64,000 bases of DNA, taken from NCBI RefSeq assembly GCF_009914755.1, contig NC_060927.1. The stretch is one strand, 5' to 3'. Made by a program: the position numbers and the translations under genes. A model generated the notes under the pieces. It saw nothing but the letters and a program-made list of their open reading frames with translations. It searched no databases and had not been told where the DNA came from. The stretch is from the human T2T-CHM13v2.0 reference genome, Homo sapiens. Below, piece after piece: positions 40,491 to 55,880 of this stretch; positions within the stretch are counted from its first letter, which is position 1, and each line of letters starts with the position of its first letter.

Positions 40491-43110
40491 CTGGAAACAC
40501 AGGGCACCTTGGTCAGCAGCTGAGACCCACTGAAGAGGGCTGCCTGGCCTAGGCCTTGCTGTCTCTTTGAGGAGCTGTGACTGTCCAACCTTTAACACAA
40601 TTCTCAAAGCCTGAAACATTGAGCCTAAGAGCTATATGGGAACTTTCCTAGAAGGGTCCCCTGATCAAGTTAGTTTGGGAACCATGGCAACTCCCATAGT
40701 CCTCTTAGAGGCCTACAGGGAACATACGCCTATTGTAGACTCTGAGAAGTCAGAAGTAGGAAACGGGCTTAACCTTAGTTAACCCAGTAGTTCCCAGACA
40801 TATTGATGATGGAATCTTCTTTTTCCCACCATTTGGTTTTCCGTGGATTCCCTGTTATTTTTCCCAGGAATGAATGCTCTTTGGGGAGTGTCCAGGCAGT
40901 GCTGCTCGTGCTCACAAGCTCAAGGAGGGAGGTCTGTGCCACAGCCATGGCCCTGGGGTGGAGGTGCCAAAGGACACCTCAGTGGAGGAGGAGGGCATGG
41001 AAAGGCCGGGCCATCTGAGTCCTGCAGGGCGAGGTGCGTTTGGCACCCAGACAGGCTTCCTCCTTTGCCCTTGGTCAACTGGAGACCTGAGCATCTCAAC
41101 CATGTGTGATGGCGTTCTGGTAACAGGGCCCTGAGAAAGGCTGGGCCTCCAAATCACTCATCTATGCTTAGCCTTACTCACAGGGAGCCTGCTGACCAGA
41201 GACCAAGCCACGAGTCAGGTCTCTGAGACAGAGATACAGGAAGGAGAGAAAACTAGAGACCAGTGCTGATGCAGGGCCAGCAATCATGCAAGCTTCCCAC
41301 TGGACATAGGACAGCCATAATCAGCTATTGCTGGGAGGCTGCTGCAAGGCTGCCTGGCCAATGGTTAGACCAACAGGTGCATGGACAGCAGACCCCTGTC
41401 CCGGCCCAGAAGAGAGCCTTGGCTCTGGCAGAGCCTTTCTTAACCAAGGGTCCCTGAGTCAGGCAGATCAAAATCAGGAAAGCTGGGTGGGAAGACAGGA
41501 TGGGGGTGGGAAGAAGTTGGGACCAAAGAGGAACTGAGCCCCTGATCCAGGTGGACCCACCCACCTTCAGCCTCCATGTCGGGAGCCTCTGGGTGCTGGG
41601 CAAGTGAGGTGTGCTGGAGAGACCCCAGGGTATGGTAGGGAAGTCTGGGAAGAGTAGGGCCATGTGAGAAAGCACCTGATGGACCTGCACTTCTACCTTG
41701 GTTCCAGTCTGGTTCTGACTTCCACCTTGCTGGGAGGGACTGGACCCAGCCCTCTGGCCTCAGGCACACATCTGTGGGATTCCTGGGAGCATATCATGTT
41801 GTGATGTTAGCGTCACACTGCTCTCTGGGAGGGTGCAGGGTGTGGGGCTCCTCTGCAGGTACATGCAGGGAGGGACATGTGGCCTCCCTGCCTGGTGGGG
41901 GACACTGCAGGTGCATTTGCCCACACGTCGTCAGGGCTGCCACTGTCAGTGAGAGTCCCTTAATCTGGTGCTATTAGACCTGAGAGATGTGGGGAGAAGG
42001 TGGGGAGGGGTGTGTGTCACCTCTAGACCTGGCTCCAGCCCCTTCATGACCCTCTTCTGGGCCAGCATGGTTTGAGAGGCAATGCCCACTTATTGGGGAG
42101 CTGACCAATATTTGGGCCCAGGGGTTTCTTGCCTGGCCACCATGACTTATGTCATCAACCGCTGTGCTGTGTGGTCCAAATGCAACCAGAGAAGACTGGG
42201 GATACTCAGGCAGGCCCCTGCTGAGCCTTGCTTCTTCTCAGTGCCCTCTTGCTCTGCAGAATCTGTTCCTATCATTCTCTCACAAGAGCCATCAGGGCGA
42301 CCTAAGTGCATTCAAAGTGGACTCACACATCGAACAGATTTCCACTCAGTATAGCTCTGCAAATGAGGTCTCCCTGCACTCCTATTTAGAATAAAGGTGG
42401 CATTTCTGAAATGGTATTGAAAATCCTATTACTAGTTTTCCCCTTTCTTGGTTCCATTTTCCAACATCTGAACATTAAAAATGCCCATGATTTATGCCTC
42501 ATTAAATCTACCTGTGAGGAGATTATATAAGATCTAAATATGATTCTACATAAATACATTTAAAACATCAGTATCATTAACTAAATTATTCTGATTTTAA
42601 AGCAAAACAATAGGAAGAAGTATGGAGCTGCACCCCGCCTTAGATGACATCTGGTCTACTGAGGGGGAAACTGAGGCACAGGGAAGGCAAATGAAGGGCA
42701 AAAGCAGGATTCCAACCCAGGCTGTCTATCATCCCTCTCAGTGTTTCTTCCTCTGCTTCACTCTGCTTATTCACATGCCTCCTACCTTACAGACATTTGG
42801 CATTCCATTTAAAGTTAACATAATCCTGAATTACGATTTTAATATGTTTCCTATAATGGTCTGCCTTGTTATTGGTGGGGTTTATACTTTAGCTTTAGGA
42901 TGACATCTGGTGCATGAGCTTTTTCCTTCTCCACCTGTGTCCATGGCAGACATTGCTAATCAATCATGACACTCTTCCCCTCCTGAACCCAAAGGTGGCC
43001 CCAGCCTCTCAGCATAGTGGCCCAGGAAGCAACTGTCAATTGGAGATTAGTCTATGAGGCTAAACCCATGTGCTCTCTTGAGAATTGTCCTGGAAGACTC
43101 TGGAACTTAC

Positions 43111-43173
43111 CATGGGCATCTTTCCCTCCAGGTTGCCGGGGTCTTGTGTTTCCATTTTTATCACCTTGTAAAC
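43111..43173 (-). CDS. KY: KY coding exon 5 (63 nt, phase 1-1; RLQGDKNGNTRPRQPGGKDAH)
   Basis: attgtag|GTTTACAAGG...GCCCATG|gtaagt; open frame, phase continuous. Confidence 0.93.
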
Positions 43174-43999
43174 CTACAATATTCCAAAGATCAGAAGTAT
43201 AGATACTTCAGAAGAAACAGAAATGCAAGCACTGATGACTCACCTTCTGGTGGTCCTTGCTTTTGACCCCTCCTCTTTACTCTCCTTTTCACAGTCTCCT
43301 TGTTCCCACCCCACTGACCACTGAATTGCTGCTTGAATTGCCAGGAACTTCCTGGTGTGGCAGAAGGAAGACTAAGAACCAGGAAGTGGCTGACAAGAAA
43401 GGGAGCTGCATTCTGCAACTGGAGTTAGTATTTGCTCTGACCTAACACTTTGGGTGATTCATTGGGTCCTCCTGGAACCTGGTGTTCCTGCCCTCTTTTG
43501 GATTTTCCTGCTTTCTTGAATCCACTGCCAGATAATGCCGGGATAAGAACTGACCATGGATGGAAACAAAGATGCAGGAAGGGGAAAGCAGTTCGTGTGA
43601 AGGTCAAAACCTAGAAAGGTCAGGTCATAATTAAATTATTCCTTGGGAGGATTAAAGGCCAACTGAATCCCATAAATCTAAGACCGTAAAGGCAGAATTG
43701 TAGCCAATAGTTATTAGACTCCCTGGGCAAAAGGAAAGGAACTTTCCCTGCCGATCTGGAACCAGGTCAGGAAGATTTGGGTCCCTGATGGGATCAGGGG
43801 AGTTGAAGGTGGGGATGCCAAGGCAGGTAGTTTTATGCCCCTGAAGGCCACTTTAGGCTATAAATATAACAAAGAAGATTGCAACCACACATGGGTTATT
43901 CTGAGAAACAGTGCTCCATTTATTTCTCACACCTGCATTTTGTATTTCACACCTACATTTTTTTCCCACCTACATTTTTGATAGAATGATAAAGGTTCG

Positions 44000-44220
44000 A
44001 AATGATAGCTAGCATTTGTTACACACTTACTATGCCTGGCTTGGGCTTTATATTTACTCTCTCATTTAATCTCATAATAATCTTATGAGGCAGATTCGCT
44101 TATTTTCCTTCTTTTATAGTTGACAAAACTGAGTTCAAAAGAGGGGTTAGGCCACTTGCCCAAGGTCACACAGCTGAAACATGAACCCAGTCAGTCGACC
44201 CTAGAGCCTGCCCTCTTTAC
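44000..44220 (-). mobile_element. MIR
   Basis: atagctagcatttg...ctcatttaatctcataataatcttatgagg...acttgcccaaggtcacacagct. Confidence 0.8.
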
Positions 44221-44477
44221 AGTAGACTACTTTCTTGAGATCCTGACTGCTGATGACTACAGGACCAGACAGTTTTGGAGGACTTTGGCTCACTGCATGG
44301 ACCTAAAGAGGACTTGAGCCTCAGTTGTTCTGCAGCCTCTGTTACTTAACCTGCATTCTTCCTGAGGTCCCTGTTTAACCATAAGGTGGACAGATGCAGG
44401 GAGAGGACCGAGAAGGGAGTTGGGGAGACATCATCGTCCTGGGCCTGGGCCTATGTGCACTGCACTGAGGGCAGCAA

Positions 44478-44700
44478 AGTATGGTGGTTAAGACCACAGG
44501 CTTCAGAGTCATACCTGGGTTCTGACCCACTTCTTAGCTGGGTGACTTGGGTAGTTACTTCACCTCTCTAAGCCTCACTTTGCTGATCTAAAAAGTGGGG
44601 ATGATATTAGTATACATCAAAAGGTTAAAAAGTTAATAAATGTTAAAGTACTTAGCATTTTGCATGCCACTTTTCTGGCAGTAAACAAATGGTATCTAAA
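44478..44700 (+). mobile_element. MIR
   Basis: gtggttaaga...cctgggttctg...gtgacttgggtagttacttcacctctctaagcctca. Confidence 0.75.
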
Positions 44701-44975
44701 AGCAACAGCAACAACACTCTTGTGATGCAATGTGTCTTCAGCTAAATGTCTGTGTTACCTATGACTAGTTCCAGAGATGCAAAATCAGCGGTAGCTGGGT
44801 GTAGAGAAAAGAGTCTCCCAGGATAAAGCTGTCATGCTTCTGCCTTTTCCCAGTTTGCAGGCCCATGTCACTCTTCTCCTTCCCTCAGAAGATGCTTGGG
44901 CTGGGATCTGGCCCAACCAGCTGCCTTCAATCCTCTCTGCCAGCCCTCCACCATGAGTACCTGTGTCATACATAC

Positions 44976-45050
44976 GTTTAGCCAAGGAGAACTTCTTGAG
45001 CAGCTGGGGCATGGCATCTCGAGGGTGGACTTCCACAGTCAGTTGTGTCC
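44976..45050 (-). CDS. KY: KY coding exon 4 (75 nt, phase 1-1; GTQLTVEVHPRDAMPQLLKKFSLAK)
   Basis: tcctttgtag|GGACACAA...GCTAAAC|gtatgt; the peptide is visible in ORF 44785..45138. Confidence 0.94.
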
Positions 45051-48000
45051 CTACAAAGGAAAAGGAGATGACATTCTCAACCAGATGCTGCCAGGAAAGG
45101 GTGAATGCCTCATGACTGATGATTGAATAAAAAAACAATTAGTTTTAGAACTTTCTTTTGTGTGTACAAATCATCCTTGTTTTTTTCTTTAAATCAAAAC
45201 AACAACAAACCAAGCAGATAGTTTCCAGATTCAGGCAAGATGGAGTAAAGCACACTCAGCCCTGTCTCTCCCACTGAATGCAATTATAAACAATGTACTG
45301 AATGTAAGGGGCAACTACTAGAGGATTCTGCAAAGTAAATAATAGAATAACTGGGGAAGAGTGGGAAGAATTTTTAAAGCATTAGCAAATTGGCAGTGAA
45401 TTTACCATTCTTCTTTCCCCTCTGGTATCATCTAGACTGGACTTAAAGGCATTCCCAAACCCAGAAGGGTACAGTGGATGCAGAAAAAGAGCACACAAGA
45501 GAAATCCTCTCTTTCTGGCTTGCAGAGTGAGAAAGGGAACCCCTAAGAGTCAGAGAGAGTGAAAGAAATCTTTTGTTGTTGTTTTTCCCCCACTTTATTC
45601 TGTTATTTCTCAACTCAGCCCCCAGGCAATTCTCTTGGTAGCAATGGCAGCAGTGATGTTGGTGGCCATGCAGCCACCTACAACTCTGGAGCAAGCATAA
45701 CTATTTTCTTCTACCAGTGAAGTTATAATCCCAAGAATATGAGGGCAAATATTTACTGTTTTTTCTCTCTGTTTTCTGCTGATTTGCCCCAGAGGCAGAC
45801 ACAGTTGTGGGGCCTATATGGCAGAGTGAGGAAACTGAAGCTCCAGCTTTTTGGGTAGAGGAATGAGAAATGGGTCATGAAGAGGAGGGAGCTCAAGAAG
45901 GCAATTCCATAAAGTTGTAGATGGACTCCTGTGGTCACCTCTGAACTGTGCATGCATAGATCTCATCCTAAACATCATACCACAGTCTTCAGGAAGTAAA
46001 CTGTGGGGTAGATTAAGGCCCAGGTTCCAGACTGGCCACTGGGTGGTGCACATGCAGGGCAGATCTGTATAGCATTGCAAAGGCTACAGTTCAAAATTAC
46101 TCAGCTAGGAAGACTCAGGAAAGTCTTAATTTGAAAAGGAAAAGATAACCAACAGATGCCAACTCCACACACAAAAAACCAGCCACAATAACATGCCCTA
46201 ACAAGTAATAGCAAACAGTTTTGAGATAAATGGAAAGATATAAAGTATCAGCGATAAAAAAGAAGATATAAAGGAGAAGTAAGTGAAGATTTTAGACTGA
46301 AAAATATAGTTAAAAATTCTCTGGATATACTCAATAGCAGAATGAAAATGACAGAGAACACAGTCAGAGAACTTGAAGATAGATCAACAGATATCGTCCA
46401 GTTTGAACAATAGAAAATGTAAGTAGTGCGTCAGAGATCTGTAGGTCAATACCCAAAAGTCTAACAGTCACATCATTGAAGTCTCAGAAGGCAAAGAGAA
46501 ATAATATGATGCAGAAAAAATATTTGAGAAAATAATGAAAACTTCTGAAATCTGGCAAAAGACATAAAACCTTACTGATTCAAGAAACTCAGTGAATTCT
46601 AAACAGGATAAATGTAAGAAAATCCAAGTCCAGACACATAACCAAACTATTAAAGAAAAAAATATGGAAAGTAGCCAGTGAAAAGCGATGTAAAGCCAAG
46701 AGAATTTGGTACCAACAGACTTGCTCCAAAAGAAATGCTAACGGAAGTTCTTCAGACGGAAGAGAAATTATACCAGAGGAAAACTTGGAAGAGGGAGAGA
46801 AATGGTAAATATCTAGATAAATATATTAGTCTGCCCTCCTCTCAAGTTCTTGATAATATGAATAATAATTGAAAGAAATAATTATAACATCTGATAGGTT
46901 TATTAGATGTAAAATATATGACAACTACAACATAGAGTAGGAGAGTGAATCTACCTATATGGAGGTAAGACTTCCTCATTCTACTTGAAATGTTAATATT
47001 CATTGTAATAGATTATGAAAAGTTAAGTACATATAATACATACAAAAATAGCTATTATGGAGATATAGTAAAAAAATAGGCAAATTTAAATGTAATTCTG
47101 AAAGGCAAGGAAAGCAGGAAAGGGGAAACAGAGGCACAAACAGAAAACAAATAATAAAGTAGAAAACCTAAATACAAATGTATCAGTAATTACATTAAGT
47201 GTAAATGGTCTAAACACACTAATTGAAAAATAGAGATTTTCAGAAAGGGTGAATACATAAGATTAAACTATATTCAGTTTCCAAGGATCCAACTTTAACT
47301 ACTATGATATAGGTTGGTTAAGTGAAAAGATAACAGAAAGCTGGAGTTGCTATGTTAATATCAGATCAGAGAAAGGAAAATATCAGGGATAGAGGAATAT
47401 TAGCAAGAAGACATAACAACCTTCAATAGGCATACGTCAAACAACAAAGTTTTAAAATACATGAAACAAGAACTGATAGGACTAAAAGGAGGAATAGACA
47501 AATCTACAATTATAGTTGGAGATTTTAACACTAATCTTTCAGTCATTGAGAGAATTAATTGAAAGAAAATCAGCAAATATATAGAAGAAATGAACTACAC
47601 AATGAATAAAATTTATTTGATGTTTATAAAAGATTCCATCTAATAACAGCACAACGCACATTCATGTCAAATGCCCATTGAATAATCACCAAGATGGACT
47701 ATATCCTTGGTCACAAAACAAACCTAAAAAGTTGAAGAGAACTGAAATCATACAAAACTCCTCTTTGACCAAAATGAACTAAACTAGAAGTAAAAAACAG
47801 AAAGCAACTGGAAAATGTCCAAGTATTAAAAATTAACATACTTTCAAATCACACATAGATCAAAGAAGAAGTCTCAAGGAAAATTAGAAAATATTTTGAA
47901 CTCATTGAAAATGAAAATAAAACATATCAAAATGTGTGAGATGAAGCCAAAGCAGTGCTTCAAGGGGAAATTTGTAGCATTAAATTCTTATTACAGAAAA

Positions 48001-49988
48001 AAGAAAGGTTTCAAATCAACAATCTAAGCTTCCATTTTAAGAAAGTAGAGAAATGAAGACTAAATCCAAGGCAAGCAGAAGGAAGAAAATCATAAAAATA
48101 AGAGAATAAATCACTGAAGTTAAAAACAGCAACAGAGAATAATCAATGAAACTAAATGCTGGTTCTTTTTAAAGATCAGTAAAATTGATGAACTTCTAGC
48201 TAGAATGACCAAGAAAAAAAAGAGGCAAGGCACAAATCAGGGGTAAATACACCAATATCAGGAATGAAATTAGGGCTATCGCTACAGACCCTCATATGTA
48301 TTAAAATAATAATAAAGGAATGCTACAAAACTTCTGTGCACATAAATTCTACAACTTAGATGAAATGGGCCAATTCCTTAAAAGTCACTAACTACCACAA
48401 AACTCATATAGGAAGCAGATAACCTAAGTATTCCCAATACCTATTTGTTAAATTAAACTTGTAGTTTAAAACCTTCCCCCCAAAAGCCAGGCCCAGATAG
48501 CTTCAGTGGTAAATTCTAACAAACATTTAAAGTAAATAACATCAATTCTTCATAGGATCTTTCGTAAAACAGAAGAGAAGTGAATGCTTCATAACTCATT
48601 TTATGAGGCTAGCATTAATCTGATATCAACACAAAGACAGCAAAAGAAAAGAACACTACAGACCAATACCCCTTATAAATGTAAACACAAAAATCTTCCA
48701 CAAAATATTACAACATTAAATCCAACAATATAGTAAAAGAAAAATATACTACAACCATGGGTGGTTTATTTTGGGAATGCAAAGCTGGTTAAATATTTGG
48801 AAATCAATGAATGTAATTCACCATATTAACAGGCTAAAGAAGACAAACTGCTAGGATCACACCTATTGGTGTAGAAAAATGCATTTGACAAAATTTAACA
48901 TCCGTTCATGATAAAACCTCTCAACAAACTAGGAATAAAAGGGAACTTTCTTAATCTGAAAAAGGAAACCTACAAAAAGCATACAGCTAACAGCATATTT
49001 AATGGTGAAACATGGTTATGCTTTCTTCCTAATATTGGGAACAAGTCATAGATATCCACTCTCACTGATCCTAATAATATTGTACTGGAAGTCCCACCCT
49101 GTGTAATAAGACAAGAAAGAGAAATAAAAGGCATACAGATTGGCAAGGAAGAAATAAAACTGTCCTTATTCACAGTTGATATGTCTGTCTACATAGGAAA
49201 TCCCAAGTAATCTACAAGAAAAAGCTCCTAGAACTAATAAGTTAGTTTAGCATGGTCACGGTATACAAGGTTAACATACAAACATCGATTGTATTTCTGT
49301 ATATTGGCCATAAGCAATTGGAGATGGCATTTAAAAATAACCATTTCCCATAGTTCCAAAATTAAAATGTTAGTTATAAATCTAAAACAAACAAAAATCC
49401 CAAACATGTGCAATAATCGCATACTGAAAACTCCAAAATATGATTACACACATTAAAGATGACTTAAATAGATGGGGAGACATACCATGTTTATGGATTG
49501 GAAGACTTAAAATTGTCAAGTGGGCAATTCTCTCAAAATTGATCTACAGATTTAATGCAAGTTCAACCAAACATTTTGGGGGAATTGTGCAAATATATAA
49601 TTATAAAATATAGACATCAAGGCACAGGAACTGGAATAACTAAACTAATTTTGAAAAAAAAAGATGGGAGGACTCCCACTCTTTGATTTTAAGATGCATT
49701 AATGAAAAGCTGTAATCACAACAATGTGATGTTGGTAAGAGGATAGATAAACAGATCAATAAACAGAATAATAAAAAATAGACTCACACAAACATAGCAA
49801 AATAAATTTTTACAAAAGTGCAAAGACAATTCAGTTGGAAAAAGGGCAAAAGAATAGATATTTTACTATAAAAGAGATTATGGATGGAAAATAAGCACAT
49901 GAAAAGATGTTCAGCATCATCAGCCATTAGGAAAAGGCAAGTTAAAACCAAAATGAGACATCACATCTATTAGAAGAGCAACAATATG

Positions 49989-50224
49989 CAACTGGCCCTT
50001 GAACAACATGGGTTTGAACTGCACGAGTCCACTCATATGGTCCTTTTTTTCTACCAAATGCAGATGGAGAGTACTGTTCATGGAATGCAAAACTCGCATA
50101 GAGAGGGCCAACTTTTCCTACATGGGGTTTCTGCAGGGACGACTGTGGGACTTGAGTATGCCCACATTTGGTTATATGTGGGTGGTCCTGGAACCAATCC
50201 CCCATGTATACTGAGGGGTGACTG
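49989..50224 (-). mobile_element. MER8 (Tigger-derived MITE)
   Basis: caactggcccttgaacaacatgggtttgaactg...ggaaccaatccccc...gaggggtgactg followed by TA; ~236 bp. Confidence 0.85.
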
Positions 50225-50549
50225 TAATTTAAAAATAGTGATAATATCATATGCTGACAAGGATGCAGAGAAATTGGATCTCATATATTGCTAGTGGGAT
50301 TGTAAAATAGAACAGTCACTCTGGAAAATAGTTTGGCAGTTTCTTATAAAACAAAACATGTACTTACCATACAACCTAAAAATTGCCCTGTTGGGCATTT
50401 ATCCCAGAGAAATGAAAACTTATGTTCACACAAAAACCTGTACACAAATGTTTGTATAGCAGCTCTATTCATAATCACCCTGAACTGGAAACAACTTAAA
50501 CGTCCTTCAATGAGTGAATGGATAAACAACCTGTGGTACATCCATATCA

Positions 50550-50894
<345 letters not shown>

Positions 50895-51642
50895 TTAAGA
50901 GTGATGGGAGGATTAGAGTCCACACAAGATAATTTTAAAGAGGGAAATAGAACTGCTGTATATTCCGATGGTGGTGTATTCTGGATATTCTGATGATGGT
51001 AACCACCATAGTGGTGGTTTCACAAATCTATGCATGTGTTAGCAATCAGAACTACACACTACAAACATTCGATTTTACTGTATGTTAATTTAAAATAAAA
51101 ATAAAAGCAAAAATACCAACCACACACAAAAAAACCCAAGCAGAATTAAAACAAAAACTTGGATGATACAGAACGATATAAAGCAGAAAGTGAAACTCCT
51201 TTAAGACTTCATTTCCACATTTAAAAATCCAAAGCCGATTATAGTAAACATATTTTTCATAACCTGCTTTCTTCATTTAAATCTTTACATGTCAGTGAGC
51301 ATAGCCATATGTTATCATTTCAAATGGCTACATAGTATTCTATTTTGTAGATGGTTTATAATCCATATAAGCAATCCCTTTTTGTTGAATATTTAGCTTT
51401 TTACAGTTTTGCTATTAGAAATGATGTGATGAACACTCAGATACATACATCTTTGTATGTATGTAAAGTGATTTGCACACTTTGCAAATCAGTTCCTTTG
51501 AATAAATTCTGAAGTATGAATCAAATAATATGGATATTTTAAAGGCTTTTGTTAGATATTGGCAAAATTTTCTTATGAATGATTTTATTAATCTATGATC
51601 TTATCAGTAGTGCAAGAGAATGCCCATTGTGCACATTCTTGC

Positions 51643-52110
51643 TGTGCTTGATTGCAAAACTGGTCACAAAGTGCAATTCCTCCCAATGAGAGGTCTTTTG
51701 TTCCACCCCTTGAATTTGGGCTGGGCTTTTGACTTGGTTTGGCCAATTAGCACATGCCAGAAGTGATGTTGCACAAATTCTGAGCCTAGGCTTCTAGAAA
51801 CTTTGAGGCTTCCATTCTCATTCTTGGGATCCCAGCCATAACAGCCATGTGAATGAGCCAGGTTGTAGATGAGAGCCCACATGGAGCACAGCATAGCCTC
51901 TCAGGTGAGGCTATCCCAGACCAGCTGGTCTCCAGCCAACCCACCAGCTGACAACAAGCACATGAGCAAGCCCACCCAAGACCCAAGATCAGCTGGGTGT
52001 GGCTCCAATGAGAATTTCTAGCTAACCTGCAGATTGGTGAGCTCGTAAATGCTTATTGTCTAAAGCTGCTAAGTTGTGTGGTGGTTTGTAATGCAAAAAT
52101 AGATCACATA
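51643..52110 (+). mobile_element. MLT1-family MaLR solo LTR within L1ME-like sequence
   Basis: ccaccccttgaatttgggctggg...ctaagttgtgtggtggtttgtaatgca...atagat. Confidence 0.75.
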
Positions 52111-55015
52111 TTCACTCACTGATGTTTGGTTTTATCAACCCTTTAAATTTTTATCAGTGAATAATAATACCTGGTTGTGTTGTATATTTCTTTAGTTTTA
52201 TTGTAGTAGTCTTTGCCTATACTTAGTTACCATTTTAAATTCTTATTTTGTGAATTGGCTATTTTCCTATTGAAGTATTATTTTTTCCTCATTGATTTTG
52301 TAAAACCTCCTTTTACTAACCCTTTGCCTGCTAAATGCATTGCAATTATTTTTCATAGAATAACAATACTGTCTTTTTTGTGTAGCTCATAAACTTGTTC
52401 TGCATGCCAAAGAGGGTCATTCTCAAACAATTTGAAAAGATACAATGTGGCCTCTGCAAAGCATAGCTTTGAAGGGGTTAACATTCATTTTGAAGTGTAG
52501 TTTCCAGCATATTCAATGTTGAGAGAAAATCAGCCTTGTGAGTTTGTAATTAAAACATTAAGCATTTCAGAGTTCAAGGCATAATTCAGTTCTGGTCGTA
52601 GGACTGGGTGCTATCGCCATCAGCAGCAAATACTTTCTGTGTGTCTTCCCATCATCAGTGAGGCATGGGCCTGTTCTTTTCCTTTTCACTTTCTCCACCT
52701 CAAACCCTCTGAGGTGTCTTTTAAAGTGAGTGCTAAGTGGTACTTGACTTCAAGATGCCTTGTGAAAAATGAATTGAGAAACATGTTCACTCTCTCCCCT
52801 CTCATAGGTCACAATACACAATGATCTGAGTAGTCCTGTAGTAAAGAACTCTATTTGACCCAGTACTATTTTGTCAAACACCATTTGGAAAATGCTGGAC
52901 TGGAACAATCTCCATAAGCTTAGAGAAACTGCAAAAGTGAACAACTTATTGGCATAGGGTTCAACAACAAATCTCTTCCCCAAACTTCTCATAATGCCCA
53001 GGTACTTTCACACGCACATCTGACAGTCTTTGTTAATTTATCGCTTCAGGCAGCCACTTCCAATAAGTCACAGTTAATGAAAAACATGAAACTTGTTTGC
53101 CATCCTGCGTTACATGCCCTGAGCCATGTCTCTATGGGTATTAGCCATGTCCTACTTCAGCCATGTCTCTTTGTGAAAGAGTGATCAAGGTGAAAAACAA
53201 ACTGCTGTTAAAGCCCCTCCAGGGCAGGGTGTTGAGGTGGGCTCATGTTCGGAGCACGGCCCTGGCCCAGATGCTCCAGCCATCACTATTCCTAATCCCT
53301 TCTCTCCTTTCTGTGATTCCTCTTCCCTCTTGGACAGGGGTCAATGTCCAATATTTTCCTGAATCCCACTTCCCGGTTCTCCCCCAAAGCTGTGCTGCTG
53401 CTTAGCATTCCCTCAAGGAAAACAGCCACTTTCTCGTCCTCCCTGATCTGCATGGGAGTGTGATTCCTGCTCTCACTTACTGTTGTGTGAGGGCACCACT
53501 GGGAGGCTTTGCTGGCTCCAGGAACTGGGCCTGGGCTGGACACGCTGTTTCAAGGGGAAAAGCATTCACAATATAGCTTTATGCTTCCTTAAGGCATGGA
53601 GTGGAGAGAGTTTGCTGGCTATGACGCTACTGGATCAAATAAAACTCTTAATTTAAGAAAAAATATTAGTGTGGCCAATCTCTAACAGAGAGTAGATCAT
53701 TTGGAGTAAAATTCGCAGTCAGATCTAAACCCTAAGTACAGCCTAAGTACAGTACATTATTCCAATCTTGACTATTAACCACCACAACCAAACCTACAGG
53801 AGGCCTTTCCTGGGATTCCAGGCTGCCTGGCTGGCCTCTCTCATGCATCCCTCCCCAGCTCCACCAGTTGTCAACAAAATCACATTTCTGAAGCTGCAGC
53901 TTTGACCGTCTTAGTTAAGAGCATGTTAGAGATTATTTTCTGCTAATCTTGAGAACGGGCTCCCTGGCCCCTTTCCTAGACCCCGCCAGCTCTCCTTGCT
54001 TTTCCCTGCCTTCTCAGAAACAGAGCATACAGGCAAGCACAAGAATGTCCACATGCTTACTGCCCTGCCTTTCACCCAGTCAGGTTTCTTCCACCTGACA
54101 GCTGCTCTCCAGATCTCTTCAGGTTTCAATCAGGATTTATCTAAAGGCCTAATTGGCTCAGAACACCTAACGCAGTATGGCAAACAGGTTTCATGTTTTT
54201 CATTAACTCTGACTGATTGGAAGTGGCTGCCTGAAGGGATCAATTAACGAAGACTGTCAGGTGTGTGTGTGTGCATGTGCACATGCACACGGGTGTATAT
54301 GTGTGTGGAGGGGTCATGGGATTCATGTGAAATACTTGCCATCATTGGTTTAAGGTGTTTGTTAACTTTTTCTATAACAGGTTGGCACATTTACAGCCTT
54401 TTTTTTTTTTTCTACTTTGGAGTTTTTTTTTTTTTTTCCTGCAGTAGCTTAGAGTCAGGAAAACAGCTAAAGCATTGGTAGTTTAAAAAAAAATACCCTT
54501 AAAGAGTCCCTGGTTAGATATTCAACAGAGACATGCTGTGATTCCACCCAGGATGCAGTAGTCAGGAAGTGGAAAGCAGTGACATCCCAGGAATGAGCCT
54601 GCTAGATGGTGACAGGGACTGTCTAGCTCTGTAGAACATGATGGAACACCACCCTTAGGGGGTACTGCCAAACACAGCATGAAAACCCCACTCAGCAGCT
54701 CTCATTATGAGATGACAACCTAGTGTTCCAGAGCTCAGGGCTGTGACTGGGCATCTGCTGGTGTGCATGATGAAGGGCATCACTGGCAGCCCTGCCCATG
54801 GCTTCCATTAGGAACGGAAAACAAAGGACCATTCATGATTCCTTCTATGGGTTGGAGCTCCACAGGGAGGTCTGAGGTCTGGAAACATGGCAGTTTGACC
54901 CTAGTGCACACATCAAAGAAGACTACTCTACAAAGTGTTTGCATGGGGATAAGGGCTGATGACCTTGAGGACAGAAGCCTCAACAGAAAACTGACTCCTC
55001 AAGAATGTCCTTTGG

Positions 55016-55376
<361 letters not shown>

Positions 55377-55629
55377 TCATTCAACCCACACACCCACTAC
55401 AGATCCATCTCCAAAGCCCCTTCCCATGACCCAAGATTCCAATGTTCCTTTGCCACCTGTTGCATAAAGTCTACCATTGAAAGAGAGGCTGAGGAGGAGA
55501 GAAAATGTTGAACCATTCCGAGCAATGAGTTCAGACTGAAATCTCAGACTGCACATTGAGGGTGGGGGTTGGGTGGGGGGTACTGCACCCAAATCAACAC
55601 CACCAGATTGGTCCCTGTCCTGTATGGAA

Positions 55630-55880
55630 GAGACAGTATGGGGGAGTAGTTAAGCCCACCGCTTTCGAGAGCCCACAGACATGGGTTCAACTTCTGGGTC
55701 TGGTATGCGACTTCAGGCAAGTTATTTAAATATCTTTGAGCTTCCCTATCTGTAAAATGAGGATGATAACCTTCCACAAAAGGTGGTTGTGGAGATTAAA
55801 TGAGGTGAGCCGTGAGAGGGGCTTAGCTTAATATCTGGCACACACCAAGTGTCCCACCTCTGGTCAACGCTATTACTGTG
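55630..55880 (+). mobile_element. MIR
   Basis: caggcaagttattt...tatctgtaaaatgaggatgataa...gagattaaatgag. Confidence 0.8.

Noticed and set aside
42440-42480. ttccattttccaacatctgaa resembling part of exon 2 (a possible third decayed exon copy)
   Set aside because: The match is short and AT-rich, and no splice sites sit at the expected spacing.
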